The translations under genes were made by a program, and so were the position numbers. Under the pieces are notes generated by a model. That model was not told the origin of the DNA and searched no databases. It was given only the letters and a program-made list of their open reading frames with translations. DNA of 64,000 nt, taken from contig CATNEN010000035.1 in assembly GCA_950097015.1 (NCBI GenBank), positions 806,001-870,000 of the forward strand. The letters run 5' to 3'. Numbering within the stretch: the first letter of the stretch is position 1; each line of letters opens with the position of its first letter. The DNA is from Macrostomum hystrix. Its lineage: Eukaryota; Animalia; Platyhelminthes. This document shows, in pieces, positions 13,916-24,859 of the stretch.

Positions 13916-15226
13916 AGAAAGGGCGCGAAACGAACTTGAATTTCAATTGTTAGTTTAGCGCCGCAGATTTCTGTGGTAGCTAGCCGTAAGGGCTTCTTCT
14001 AGATTTCATCTTCCGTACGCCTAAATCTTATCTCTAGAGACTGGACTTCAGTTCGAGTAACCGTCAAATTAATTTTCCGAACAGTTACAATTTGTTTTCA
14101 ATTTAATTTAGGCTTTTGTTAGAGTTTCCAAAATTTCTGATTAGTGACTTTCTACTAAGAGTAGGCTGTGTGAGCGGACTTCATGCTAGAGTGTCTTCGG
14201 GTTATGTGGCTGCTGCAGGAGTCAGGGACTGTCTGTGGGGTTTCCCGCGTGACTGTTCTGGGAGGGGCCAATCTTAACGAAGGACCGGGCCATGCCGGTC
14301 AGGCCTCCTAACCGAGCGAAGTGAGCCCCCGGCAATGCAGCCGGGAACCGATGACTCGCTGAGCACCGGGGGTTGGTTCTCTTGGGCAGCTTGTAGGCCT
14401 GCTTACGTGTACCTGATTCTGAAAGTGTCACATAGCTTTGATCAAGTCTGACTTTGGTGGGGGACAGTTAGGGAGGCGGGACCTTCTGGGAGGTCTAGCG
14501 ACCCCCGTGCCCGCCTCTCGAAGCTGCCTACTTTAAGTATGGGCTAGAATTCGGTCGGCGCGTCTTTCTAAGAAACTCTCTGAGGGATGGTCTAAACGGA
14601 GAAACCGGGCTCTAAGCCACGGGCCCCTAACCGAGCGAGGTCTCAGATGTATAATTCCTGGGATCCCCAGCCTCGTAATCGCGGAGGCGAAGCCCCCGGC
14701 CATCCCAACCGGGAAGGGCCCTCTGAGCGAATCGGGGATTAGCCTTCTTTGAATGACTTTTTGAGTCGCGTGCTTTCCAAGGTAGGGAGATAGGCTGCTG
14801 CAGGCGCAAGCTTGCAGTAGTACTGGCCCCGCCGTACCTATAGTGTAACAGTCTGCTATAGGGTTGCTGAATGAGTGCTAGGTTAAAACCTAGACTTCTA
14901 CGAGCGTATGTCCCAAACTTAAGTGCGCGCAAGCAGTTGTCGGTAGCCAAGGCTGGAAGCAAAGCTAGCCAGGGCCCTGGGCCCTTTTCTCTCTCATTGA
15001 TCTTTGATCTCACTTTTGCTGTAGGATTGTTTGCTAGGAATAAGGAATTTGCTCGCGTCATTAATTAGGGCTGGATTTGACAACTCAGGCCATTCTCTCT
15101 CCCTCTCGCACGACCCCCGGTCGTGATCTGTGTTCCCTTTTCTTCTCCTTTTCCCCCATTGTTGCATTAGCGACAGACCCCCCCTCTTTTTCATTCGCAA
15201 AATCCTCATTCCTCTTTTGGCCGAAA

Positions 15227-16285
15227 ATGTCCGACCAGGAGGGTGAGGTGGTGGAAGTGGTTGGAGTCAACCGCCCACCCAGAGGCCGCGCCGCAGCTGC
15301 GGCGCGCGCCGAACCCCCAGCGGCTGCTGCAGCACAGCAAGCCGACCCTATGGAGCGCCTAGCGCTGCTTTTGGAGCGGCTAGAGGTGCGACGACCCCGG
15401 AACCACCGGGTCAAAGTTGCTATTGAACCCCTCGAATCCCGAAAGGATTCCTTCCCCCTCTGGCTTCGCCGATTTAACCTGAAGCTGGAGGCGGAGGGTG
15501 TCGAATCCGAGGAGGAGAAAATCCTCACCCTCCTCGCTCACCTGAGTGGCGAGCCCCTCACCGAAGCGCTAGGGTTGCCCCGCCGGGTGACCTACCTTAG
15601 ATTCGTGCAGGATCTGACCGAGGCCCTGAGTGGCGCCTGCACCCCCTACGCCCGGCTGCTGAGCGGGCGTAATTTGAAGCAAGGACGGGACGAGACGTAC
15701 CCCGCCTTCGCCGATAGACTCAGAACAGCGGCCCTGCAGGCCACCCCCAATGGCCACGGTGTGCACTTCGAGCGCGCTTTGCTGGCCTCTTTTATGGAGG
15801 GGATAGTGGCCCCACCCGAGGTGTTGGCACCCATCATGCGGATGGAATTTGCCACGGCTGAGGCCGCCGCCGCCGAGCTGCGTGCTGCCACGCAGGCGCA
15901 TGAAATGGCGGTGGAGCGGGACCCTCGCCGGCGAGTGCGCCAAATCAGGACAGGTTCAGATGACGAACCGGACCAGCCAGAGCCGCAGCACGGGCTGCTG
16001 GCAGAATTAACCAAGGTGACCCAGCAGCTAGCCGAGATTTCTCAGCAGCTGCGGGAAGCCAAGCCCAACTCCATTCCCCCTCTCTGCCCACACCCAAATG
16101 GGCATCAGTGGCACCCGAAGCGTGTAGAACACGGGGCTGCTGGCGGAGCGAATCGTGAGGTGGCGAAGGGAAATGGGAACGGGGCCGCCAATTGGAGGCA
16201 GTCCCACGGCCCCGAGACCCAGCCCGCAGCTCGACAGTCGGAGCGGCGGCAGCCGCCGCCTCCGACCTCCGAGAAGTCCGAGTGA
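15227..16285 (+). CDS. Gag (capsid-like), 352 aa, no canonical CCHC knuckle
   Basis: Uninterrupted ORF from MSDQEG. FPLWLRRFNLKLEAEG...LKQGRDETYPAFADRL resembles the retrotransposon gag domain. Confidence 0.88.
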   Translation: MSDQEGEVVEVVGVNRPPRGRAAAAARAEPPAAAAAQQADPMERLALLLERLEVRRPRNHRVKVAIEPLESRKDSFPLWLRRFNLKLEAEGVESEEEKILTLLAHLSGEPLTEALGLPRRVTYLRFVQDLTEALSGACTPYARLLSGRNLKQGRDETYPAFADRLRTAALQATPNGHGVHFERALLASFMEGIVAPPEVLAPIMRMEFATAEAAAAELRAATQAHEMAVERDPRRRVRQIRTGSDDEPDQPEPQHGLLAELTKVTQQLAEISQQLREAKPNSIPPLCPHPNGHQWHPKRVEHGAAGGANREVAKGNGNGAANWRQSHGPETQPAARQSERRQPPPPTSEKSE

Positions 16286-16716
16286 ATGCACTCGGCCGAG
16301 TCCCCACCCGAGTGCGAACCCGCCCAAATCGCTCTGAGCAGCTTAGTGAGGTGTGGGTCGCCTTGGAAGTGGAAGGGACACCCCTAGACCTCCTCATCGA
16401 CACAGGGTCTATGGTAAATGTGCTCCCGGACTCGTTGTCATCAATCTTTCAACACTACCCATTCGAACCCCCGCAATTTTCTCTTTTTGCTTATAATGGA
16501 ACACCCATTGTCGCACAGGCGCAGGTCAGGGTCAAATTACAGGTTGGCACCGAAGCGCTGGACACCGTGTTCTTAGTGGTTGAGGGCGACTGCTCTCCCC
16601 TGCTCGGTGCCTCCTGGTTGGCTCATCATCATGCCATCGTTGACTTTGACTCGCGCCACTTAATCATATATCGTCAATTTCTCCCCTTTTCACTCAGGCG
16701 GAAGGCTAAATTTTAA
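16174..16716 (+). CDS. Retropepsin aspartic protease in the -1 frame (Gag-PR fusion, ~496 aa)
   Basis: Reads LEVEGTPLDLLIDTGSMVNVL...SPLLGASWL. The frame is open from 16159 and stops at TAA 16714-16716 just after the domain. Confidence 0.88.
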   Translation, partial: WERGRQLEAVPRPRDPARSSTVGAAAAAASDLREVRVNALGRVPTRVRTRPNRSEQLSEVWVALEVEGTPLDLLIDTGSMVNVLPDSLSSIFQHYPFEPPQFSLFAYNGTPIVAQAQVRVKLQVGTEALDTVFLVVEGDCSPLLGASWLAHHHAIVDFDSRHLIIYRQFLPFSLRRKAKF

Positions 16717-16871
16717 ATTGTGAGGGTCACCGTGACCTAGGATCAATCACCATTTTCTTTCCTCGCCCACCCCACCCCCTCCTCTGGTCGTCGACTTATT
16801 TAAGTAAGGGCTGGGAAAGCCAAGCAGGAAAGTTTTATTCTAGTTTAAGAACGAAGGGACTAGTCTCAGAC

Positions 16872-17453
16872 ATGGCAAGCTTTGGCACCGTCCTGGCGTG
16901 GTGGCTAGAAGTGGCCGCCACGGATTATCGCCGCGAACTGGCAGGGAAGAGGACCTGGCTGATGGTCCGCCTGTGGCTGTTACCCATGATAGGACGAGCG
17001 GCCCAAGCAGGCGTTGACCTCGCCCTTGCCTGCCAGCTGGCAGAATCTAGGTGGCTGGCCCAGGCGTGGTGCGAAGAGCGGGACCCTCTGCCGCCTAGGG
17101 GAGAAGACGAGGCAAACCTCCCTTGGAACCTGCGGTGGATGGAGTACAGCCCGCCAGCGGATTGGAGCATTACCATACCCGATGAGCTCGCGTCCTGGCT
17201 GCAAGCCAAGAGGATCCCAGGACAGGAAGAGTTGGAGCACCAGCTGGTCATGCGCCGGATCGGGATGCCAGAGATCACCCTGCGGTCAGCGGCAGACCCG
17301 GATTGGCGTGAGTGGCTCCACGGACATCGCATCGTCGAAGAGCCACCGCCCGGGGACAGCACGCTCGGCCGCATGGTGAGAGAGATGGAAGGCGAAGAAG
17401 CTAGCGAGGGACCGGTGGAAAGTACGCCCATCAAGGAGGCGGCCGAGGAATAG
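16872..17453 (+). CDS. Orphan 193-aa Trp-rich, acidic-tailed protein located where RT-IN would be
   Basis: ATG in good context (CAGACATGG), uninterrupted ORF, and TATTTAAG about 70 nt upstream. No family recognised. Confidence 0.55.
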   Translation: MASFGTVLAWWLEVAATDYRRELAGKRTWLMVRLWLLPMIGRAAQAGVDLALACQLAESRWLAQAWCEERDPLPPRGEDEANLPWNLRWMEYSPPADWSITIPDELASWLQAKRIPGQEELEHQLVMRRIGMPEITLRSAADPDWREWLHGHRIVEEPPPGDSTLGRMVREMEGEEASEGPVESTPIKEAAEE

Positions 17454-19794
17454 GAAAGCGCAAGGTAGGGTCAACCGAGGTAGTGACCGTAGAATAGTAG
17501 GAACAGGACCACCATCTGTTAGGCCCCTGTCCCCTGTTCCCCCTTTGTCCCCTTCCTTTTTCCTCCCCCCTTTAATAATAATGCGCACTCTGCACTTTTC
17601 GCTCCTTTTCTCCTATTGTGCATGTTTTCCCTTTTCATCTAAAGCCGCCTTGGCCAAAAATCTCACACAAAAAAATTCTTATAATTTTAGCCAAAACCAC
17701 AAAAATACACATAGTGGGGTGAAATTCCCCTGATACTTTTTACATAAGATGCTTATCTAATTGTAGCAAACTAGGGTATGCACCTTCTTTTCTTAAAGAG
17801 CATTTTACTTTAATCGCACCACATCATGCATGGCACCTCTGCCTTATCTTGTTCATATTGGTGGGTCTGTGGGAGTTCAATTTAGGACAACTTCTAAATT
17901 AGGAGGGACACCAACCCGCTAAAGTGAGCGGGGTGGTATGCCATGGGAAATTCTATGTTTCTTTAAGGGAGGGAAGGCGGTTTCAAATCAAAAAGGCCAT
18001 CTCGGCGCCAAACCCTCTTAAAAACTCATATAAACTAATCAAAATCCAAAAACATACTTAGTGGGGTGAAACTCCCCTAGTACGAATTTTCGCATGAAAT
18101 ATTTTCGTAATAACTGCCGCAAACTAGGGTTCGCACCTACTTTTCGCAAACCTGCCTATCTTACATGTTCTCTATGCTTGGTTTCGGGAGTTTAGCTATA
18201 CCGGCTTCTATTTAGGGGGTATACCAACCCGCTAAAGTGAGCGGGGTGGTATGTTTCGGGAATTTTCTTCTTAATGTTTGTTTAAAGAGTGGGCGGTCGT
18301 AAATCAAGAGGCCGGTAGGATCAGGTATTCAAACTCTGGGAGGGAAAACAATCTGGCTGTTTCAATGAACGACAGATTTTAAAAATGATAACTTTTCCTT
18401 TGTTAGGATTAGAGGGGTCAGAAAAAAAAAACATTATTTGGGAGCCAGAAGTTAGCAGCTGGGCATTCAAATCTAGGTACCTGGAGGGGTAGAATAGTAA
18501 TAAATCGCATGAATTAAGGTTCCAGACGTTTCAAAACTCATTGACAGTCTATCAGTTAGTTTTTTTGGTTACTAGGCGGTTGTAAAACTTGAGCAGTAAT
18601 GTTCATCTAGGAATAGAGCGGGTAATTGCATTTCAAATAACTCACAATGTAATCTATCTATATTTGGGGGAGGGTTTGTCACAGTTCGGGTCGGGGTCAA
18701 TTCCAAATCAGTGGGACATTTCAGAGTGCCGTGGGTAAAAAGGGAATTCGATTTATCCTAACTATTATGACATAACCCTCGCAATTATCCTTAATAACCG
18801 GCCTTGGGGGGCCGAGTAGAAGCCAAATCACTCACCTCTCTCCTTCAGGCAGTTGCTCGGCCATGATCGCGGGTAGCAGTCGACAAAAATAATAATGGCA
18901 GGATAAATCCAGGAAGTTCGCTGGCAGAGATTAGCTTAGTTGATGTTTTAGATAATGTGTCGAAATAGGTTTAGAGATAACAGGCTTGGAGTCAATGGGG
19001 CGTCAAGTGTTTGCTTTTATAGGGCTAATTTAGGGAGACGTGGCGGTCTAACCGCCAGCCAATGGGAGCAAAGTGGGAATTCCGGGCAGAACCAGTTTAG
19101 GGGGCTCATGGTAACAGTTTAGTTGTTGGGGCCCTGACCTTTTCGGTGAGGAGACACCTCGGCCGGCAACAGCATCACAAGCGGCCTGAGCAGCGGTTTC
19201 CCCAGCTGCGACCAGCTGCAGCGCCGATTGGGCCGCGCGCAACGGCTAGGCAACCGGCCCGACGAGAATTTTCGGGCCCGGCCAGCTGAAAACACCTGGG
19301 CGCGCGGCGAATCAGAGGCTACCACGGCCCGGCAACGGAATCGGGAAGGCGCGAACGGACCAACCAACCCGGAGCCACCTGGGGAAGAGCACGGCCGGAC
19401 CCTCGGACTTAAGGAGAAAACGGCCGGAGCCTCCCGGGATTGCGCAACCGAGACCAAGCCGGGCAGGGAAAGACGGGGACAGCTGCAGCCACCTGGAGGA
19501 GAAGGCGAGCCGGGACACGGCACCCCTGGGCAACGAGAACAACTTTAACTCAGCCGGAATGCGCACCCACCTCCCCTCAGGACTCTATCCCTTAGTCGCT
19601 AGGGGCGCCGACCTTTACACTCTCGCACACAATCTATTTATAGCAGTATTGTTACGTACGATGACCTAGGATTTCTTCTCTAGCGGATTTCTTCTTAAGG
19701 TTCTTTACGGTATACAGTAGGGTAATGTAAGTTTTTGCCCCCTCGATTCGCGGCACACCCCACTACTGACAGTAAGCACGTAAGTGCCTTACGT

Positions 19795-19814
19795 GAAAGT
19801 GAGCGAAGGTGGAG
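19795..19814 (+). other. Polypurine tract
   Basis: GAAAGTGAGCGAAGGTGGAG directly abuts the 3' LTR. Confidence 0.75.
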
Positions 19815-22158
19815 TGATGTGGAGTGTACTTCGGAATCGAGTGGGGTTGTGAGCCAGCCTAATTTTTTTTCAATTTTTAGCAAGTCAATAATCGCGACCC
19901 ACATAGCAGCTGGCCGCAGAACACCATCATTAATCTTAGGGCCAGACTTGGGGCGGAGGTGAATTAAGTAGCCGCCGATTCCCTTTGTCTCGGATCTGTC
20001 TAGTCCCCTGTAGGAGTGACTGATCGCGGAAATAGCAATACTGTATGGACTAGTTTAGGTTATAATTCCCCTCCAAACCGCGATCAGATTGTCGGGATCA
20101 CTCATGCGTTTAGAGTGAGCTTTAATTCTTCATGTCCCTCTTCTTTACTGTAACCCGAGCCGAAGCTCGATTATGACCTTTCCCCCTTTAGATACATGTA
20201 ACGACACTATAGGCAGGTCGGCGCCTGCGCTTCCCATATCCCGGCGGGATCACAATCATTGGCCGACTGCCGGAAGACGCTCCTAGTGGGGCATCTGGCG
20301 ATTCTCGCCGCCGCTTCAGTGGGCAATTGGGGTGGCATTATGCCGACCCGATTCCTCGCTGACAGGCCGGCGAGCATGTGGGTTATTTTGATGAATGCGA
20401 GGTTGGCGGAGCTGCAGGACTATTTAAGAGAGCGCGCTGCGCTGCCCCTAGGAGGACCGACCTACCTTCGGACCTACCTTCCCCCGAACCTACTTTCCCG
20501 CCCCTACAACCTTTTTCCCTTGTCCGGTCCCGGAACTCGGTCCGTGGACTCTCCCCCTTCTAGGCTAGCACCTAGTCCCTGAGCCTAAGGCTCCAGATCA
20601 TAGCAGCAGGCAACTACCTGCTAGTGCCCTTAAGCGCAAGCCACTTCTTTAGGTGCGCTCCAAATTGAGCCTTGAGCTCCCTGCAGTCTGGCCCCTTGCC
20701 AACTGTACTCAGCAATCCCTCACCTTTTCTCCCGTTCATTTGCATTCCCCCGCGAGATCGACGGCCTGCAGCCTGTCAACCAGCGTAGTCAGATAAGTAA
20801 CCCGCGCAGCGGACTTTTATTGCTATCCCTAAGGGATTTACTATTTAGCTAGTGGGTAATAAGGGCAAGGGCAGGGATTTGATTTAGCCTAATAAAACTA
20901 TTAACTCACAGCTTATCTAACTTGTTGGGCAACTTAATAACAACTTAAATCCTTTTTACTATGCATTCCACTTTCTCTTATTTTATCGTTAGACAGCCCT
21001 CAACCATGAGTGGCTAATTCACTAGGGGAATGGGCTCTGGCGAGGCCGAGCTGAAAGCTGCGGCAAGAAGGCTACTGTGAGCGCGCATGAAAGTAATAAG
21101 GAGCTAGGGATTTGCGAGTAATATGCGGAGCGTAGCATGTGTTTCTCTGCCAGGGGTGGGGGAATTCCTTGGCGGGTTTTTCCTCTCTTTCTGGCAGATC
21201 AAGGAGTGCGTGTCAACCTCCCTTGTCAATTAATGTTTCCCTTCTGTTCCCCGCCTCTCGCTGCCGCCGCCATGGGAGCGAGGGGTGTGATCTAATAATC
21301 ACCGCTTGCATAATCACTCAGCCAGTGTTCTGCTCAATCTCTCCTGCCTCTGATTTCCTCATCTCACACAGATTCGGATTTGCTAGTTATTTAATGTGTA
21401 GGCTGCAATCTAATGTAAGGAATGTGTCTAATGTCTCATGAGTAGGATTCTGGCTATGGATTTCTCATTCGGGTTCGGAGTACCACCTTTCTAGACCACT
21501 GTAGCGCAGTTTCAGGAATCCCCTTGTGAGGCGTGACTCGATCCATTCTGGGGTTCTCACCCTAGTCTAAAACGGAAGTTACAGAATGCTCTATTTTTCG
21601 GCTTGTCTAAGATCTGTGTGACAAACTGGGAGCCGCGAGCTCCGGGGACCCAAGTTCCCAAATGTCTGCGGTGGCAACGTAGGCGCATTGGGTGGTGGCG
21701 CTACCTTCGATCATTATCCGCTTTGCCGATAGCCTTTCCGCATTTCTAAGACAAGAGCCTAGGCCGAGTCGACCACTGCTACCAAAGTTAGGAGTCAGTT
21801 ACGAACATGCTACTGATGACAGTAGGCTATCTAGCCCTGTCCTATTCGCTTGCGGGTAGTCCGACATCTATTTAGACTTTTAGCCGGTTTCGAGCACTGC
21901 TTGGGGTGGGCACGGCAGTCATGCCTGTGGCCTATGGGTTGGGTGGGACTGGCCAGCCTGAGGCCAATAGGACCACTCACTTGCATCCTTTGTACCGCCT
22001 CATCTCTCCCTTCATCTCTCCCTTCATCCCTCCCTTCGTCATCCCTCTCTGCGACAACTCGCGGCAGCAGCGATCGACCTCCGACTCTATCGTCGTTTTC
22101 CACACTCCTATCTTTCATGAGGGCGGTCATCGGCTAGCAAAAGACCCGCACTATTTCA
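19815..22158 (+). repeat. 3' LTR (2344 bp), near-identical to the 5' LTR
   Basis: Same ORF pattern at offset 8266. One substitution was spotted (A12260 versus G20526). Confidence 0.96.
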
Positions 22159-23365
22159 AGTGATCTAATCTTCTTGGCTCAATTGCTCGAATTTCGCAGT
22201 CTTCACATGTCCACTGGGTTTGACTTTTTCTGCTTGTTCTTGCTCGGCATAGTAAGTTTTGTCTTTAGCTTGCAATGGCTTGGCAAATCCGATAATCGTA
22301 GATTCTTCCCTTCTAGGAATTCTTCCCTACACACAAAACTTTTAGCTGCCATATAGTGCCTTATTTGGGGGTTCAATAGTGCCAAATTCAGTCTAAGATT
22401 AGTGCCAAAATTTGGAACTATATAAGGCACTATCAAGGCACTATGTGCCAAAATCTGGCACTACTTGGGTGCCATATAGTGCCAAAATAATGCGCCAACT
22501 TAAGCCAAAATCTGGCACTGCTCGGGTGCCATATCGTGCCAAAATCTGACACTAGTCCAGTGCCATTTAGTGCCAAATTTGAATCCCATTTAAATCAATA
22601 TGCTTTTTGTACAGGTAAAAAATGAATTAAGAAGACAATAATTCAAATTTATTCCACTCCACAGTTTGCTTAAGTCTTTATATCAAAAATATGTTTTTTA
22701 AAGAAAAGCAATAATATAATGCTGAGGTGCTTATTTAGGCAATTTTTATTTGGGAGCTAAATTAATAATATTAATGCACCACTTAGTCATAAAAAAGTGT
22801 AATGTCTATATTTTAACAGAAAAGCAAGAAATGCATTCACTTTTTCAAAAAGATTGCACCAATTACCAATTGTGGGCATAAAATACATTTTAGGCAGCAA
22901 AAAAGGCAAACCAGCAAGCTCAATGAGCTGTGGAGGCAACTTTTTGGCATTGAAAGTCCCAAAACTGGTACCCTACAAATTGTGGTTGATATGTCAATTC
23001 AGACAGCTAATGCCATCATCATATGAGGAACATATATTGCACAATGAGGACCTTCAAAATAACATTAAGTTAATTATTAAAATTTCAGTTGCTAAAAGTA
23101 GTTCACAAAATGCAATAAAATTATTATAAATATTAGACAATAAAGAAAACTAAAAAATTATCAGGAATAATTTTAAATGTTTTTATAATTGAATGTCAGT
23201 TCAATATCAAATTATTCGACTAAAAGTATGACAGAGTATTTAAACCAGGCCAACTGTACTAAACTAATTTCTATATTATTTTCATTGAAATTGATTCTTT
23301 TGCCCCTTCATATTTAATCAATTAACTCCACCTGAGTTGAGTGAAATAATTGGTGAAAAATATAG

Positions 23366-24859
23366 TTACATTAAAATCTTCATCTGAGCAATTTTAGCCT
23401 TGAAAGCTGCACAGGAAGCACGCTTTCGAAGGCCAATGAGAAATTCGAGAGCTTCTAGCAATGGCTCCATTGAAGCCACATGCTTTAGATTAAAGACAAC
23501 AAACACAGTTGCAAAGATAGAAATACACTCCATCACTGATGATGCTCGAATCACAACATCTGTCTCAGAGGCAACATGGACTGTAAGGTCGTCAATGTCC
23601 AGGAAAACCAATTGCCTTTGGTCAAAGGGAGTGCGATAGGGCACCTTCAATAGAATTGCCAATAGTTTGAGGCCAACAACACAGCTTGGAAGCTGAAGTG
23701 ATGGCAACCTTGGCAAAAGCTCCTTGGCCTCCTTAAAATTCTTTACCACATTGGGAAGATTTGTGGCCAGGTTGATGAGCTTTGTCTCAAACTCGGCTTC
23801 ATTGAATTCTGCCACTATGTTATAGTCAGTATGCTTGGCTTGTGAGTACAAGCTTGTCATCATACAAGTTTCAATGAAGAGAAGCTGAGGGGCCTGAAGC
23901 AAAGGAAATTTCTGAACAATCTCTGTTAGAGTACAGTCCTGCATCATGGCAACACGGTGTTGATAGAAGTCAGGGTAGACCATTACTGCATCTTCTTCTG
24001 TGATCCCTGTTGGCAATTCCTCTTCAGCTTGAGAATCAACATCATCTTGGTTAATGTGCTTGGAGAAGTCTAAACTTCTTGAGTACACAAAAGTAGAGCA
24101 CTCACTTTCTGCATCATCCTCATTGGGCTTTGCCAGCTGATCAACAGCTTGGGCCTGATCAGCTGGCAAAGATGATAGCGGCTCAGACAGAGGCTTAAGT
24201 GTACTAGTAGAGCGACGTTTTAAAGGATTAAAACGGTTGGCCATCTCTTGCACTACTGTGGTAGCATTTTCTTTGGATATTCTAGCATGTTCATGATGGA
24301 ATTTTGCTATCAGCTTCTTTTGCCAGAAGCCTTCCTCCAAACTTTTTAGTCCAGGCAGTTGGCATAAAGCCAGACTGACTTCTTGATAGCAAATTCCCAC
24401 TTTGTCCAAGTAGGGTGCAGCTGGATTGCAATAGTCTAGCAAGTCATTAAAGACTTCTGTCAAGAAACTATTGGTTCGAGTTGTAATACCAAGAAGGCTT
24501 GGTAGCTTAGAGTCCATTGTTTCTGGAAATTTCCTGATGATCTTTTCAGGGACTTAATATTGTCCTGTCCAGGGCTTCAAATTTTTCTTGCAAAGGATTG
24601 CTTGGACAGTCACAATGACAGTGTATCCAAGTAAAACTGCAGCACTTATCGCAACAACTTCAGTCCCATTGATAGATAGGACAACCTGTTGTAGGTCTGT
24701 CAACTTGAATTCTTCTTTTATAGAAGAGACGAAACTATTAAAGTCACCATTGAAAGGCAAGAATACCATCTGCCCTTCATATTGGACTTTCAAGAAATTA
24801 GTTTGCTCAGATGAAGCCTGAAAAACAACAAGAATAAGTAGCTTATTTTCTCTATTCAT
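23366..24859 (-). pseudogene. Accessory ORF of the CACTA-like element (one in-frame stop at 24554-24556)
   Basis: ORFs 24554-24859 and 23366-24517 are in the same frame. The segment LCQLPGLKSLEEGFWQKKLIAKF resembles accessory proteins of animal EnSpm elements. Confidence 0.6.

Larger units (their letters stand above)
11549..22158 (+). mobile_element. Young non-autonomous LTR retrotransposon (gag + protease only, gypsy-like), 10.6 kb
   Basis: Two 2344-bp TG...CA LTRs at offset 8266, 4-bp TSD AGTG (11545-11548 and 22159-22162), a PBS and a PPT. No RT, RNase H or integrase motifs in the internal ORFs. Confidence 0.96.

Noticed and set aside
11993-13939. Several 60-107-aa ORFs in the LTRs, one also open in the solo LTR
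   Set aside because: Mostly non-ATG starts and no recognisable domains. Their recurrence is explained by LTR duplication and nucleotide conservation.
14284-14745. HDV-like or twister ribozyme in the leader modules
   Set aside because: GCGAAT and CCGG stems are suggestive, but I could not build the nested P1/P1.1/P3 pseudoknot or the twister L4 consensus. Kept only as unknown structure.
16925-17434. 169-aa minus-strand ORF
   Set aside because: Ser-rich antisense shadow of the plus-strand orphan ORF, with no start context of its own.
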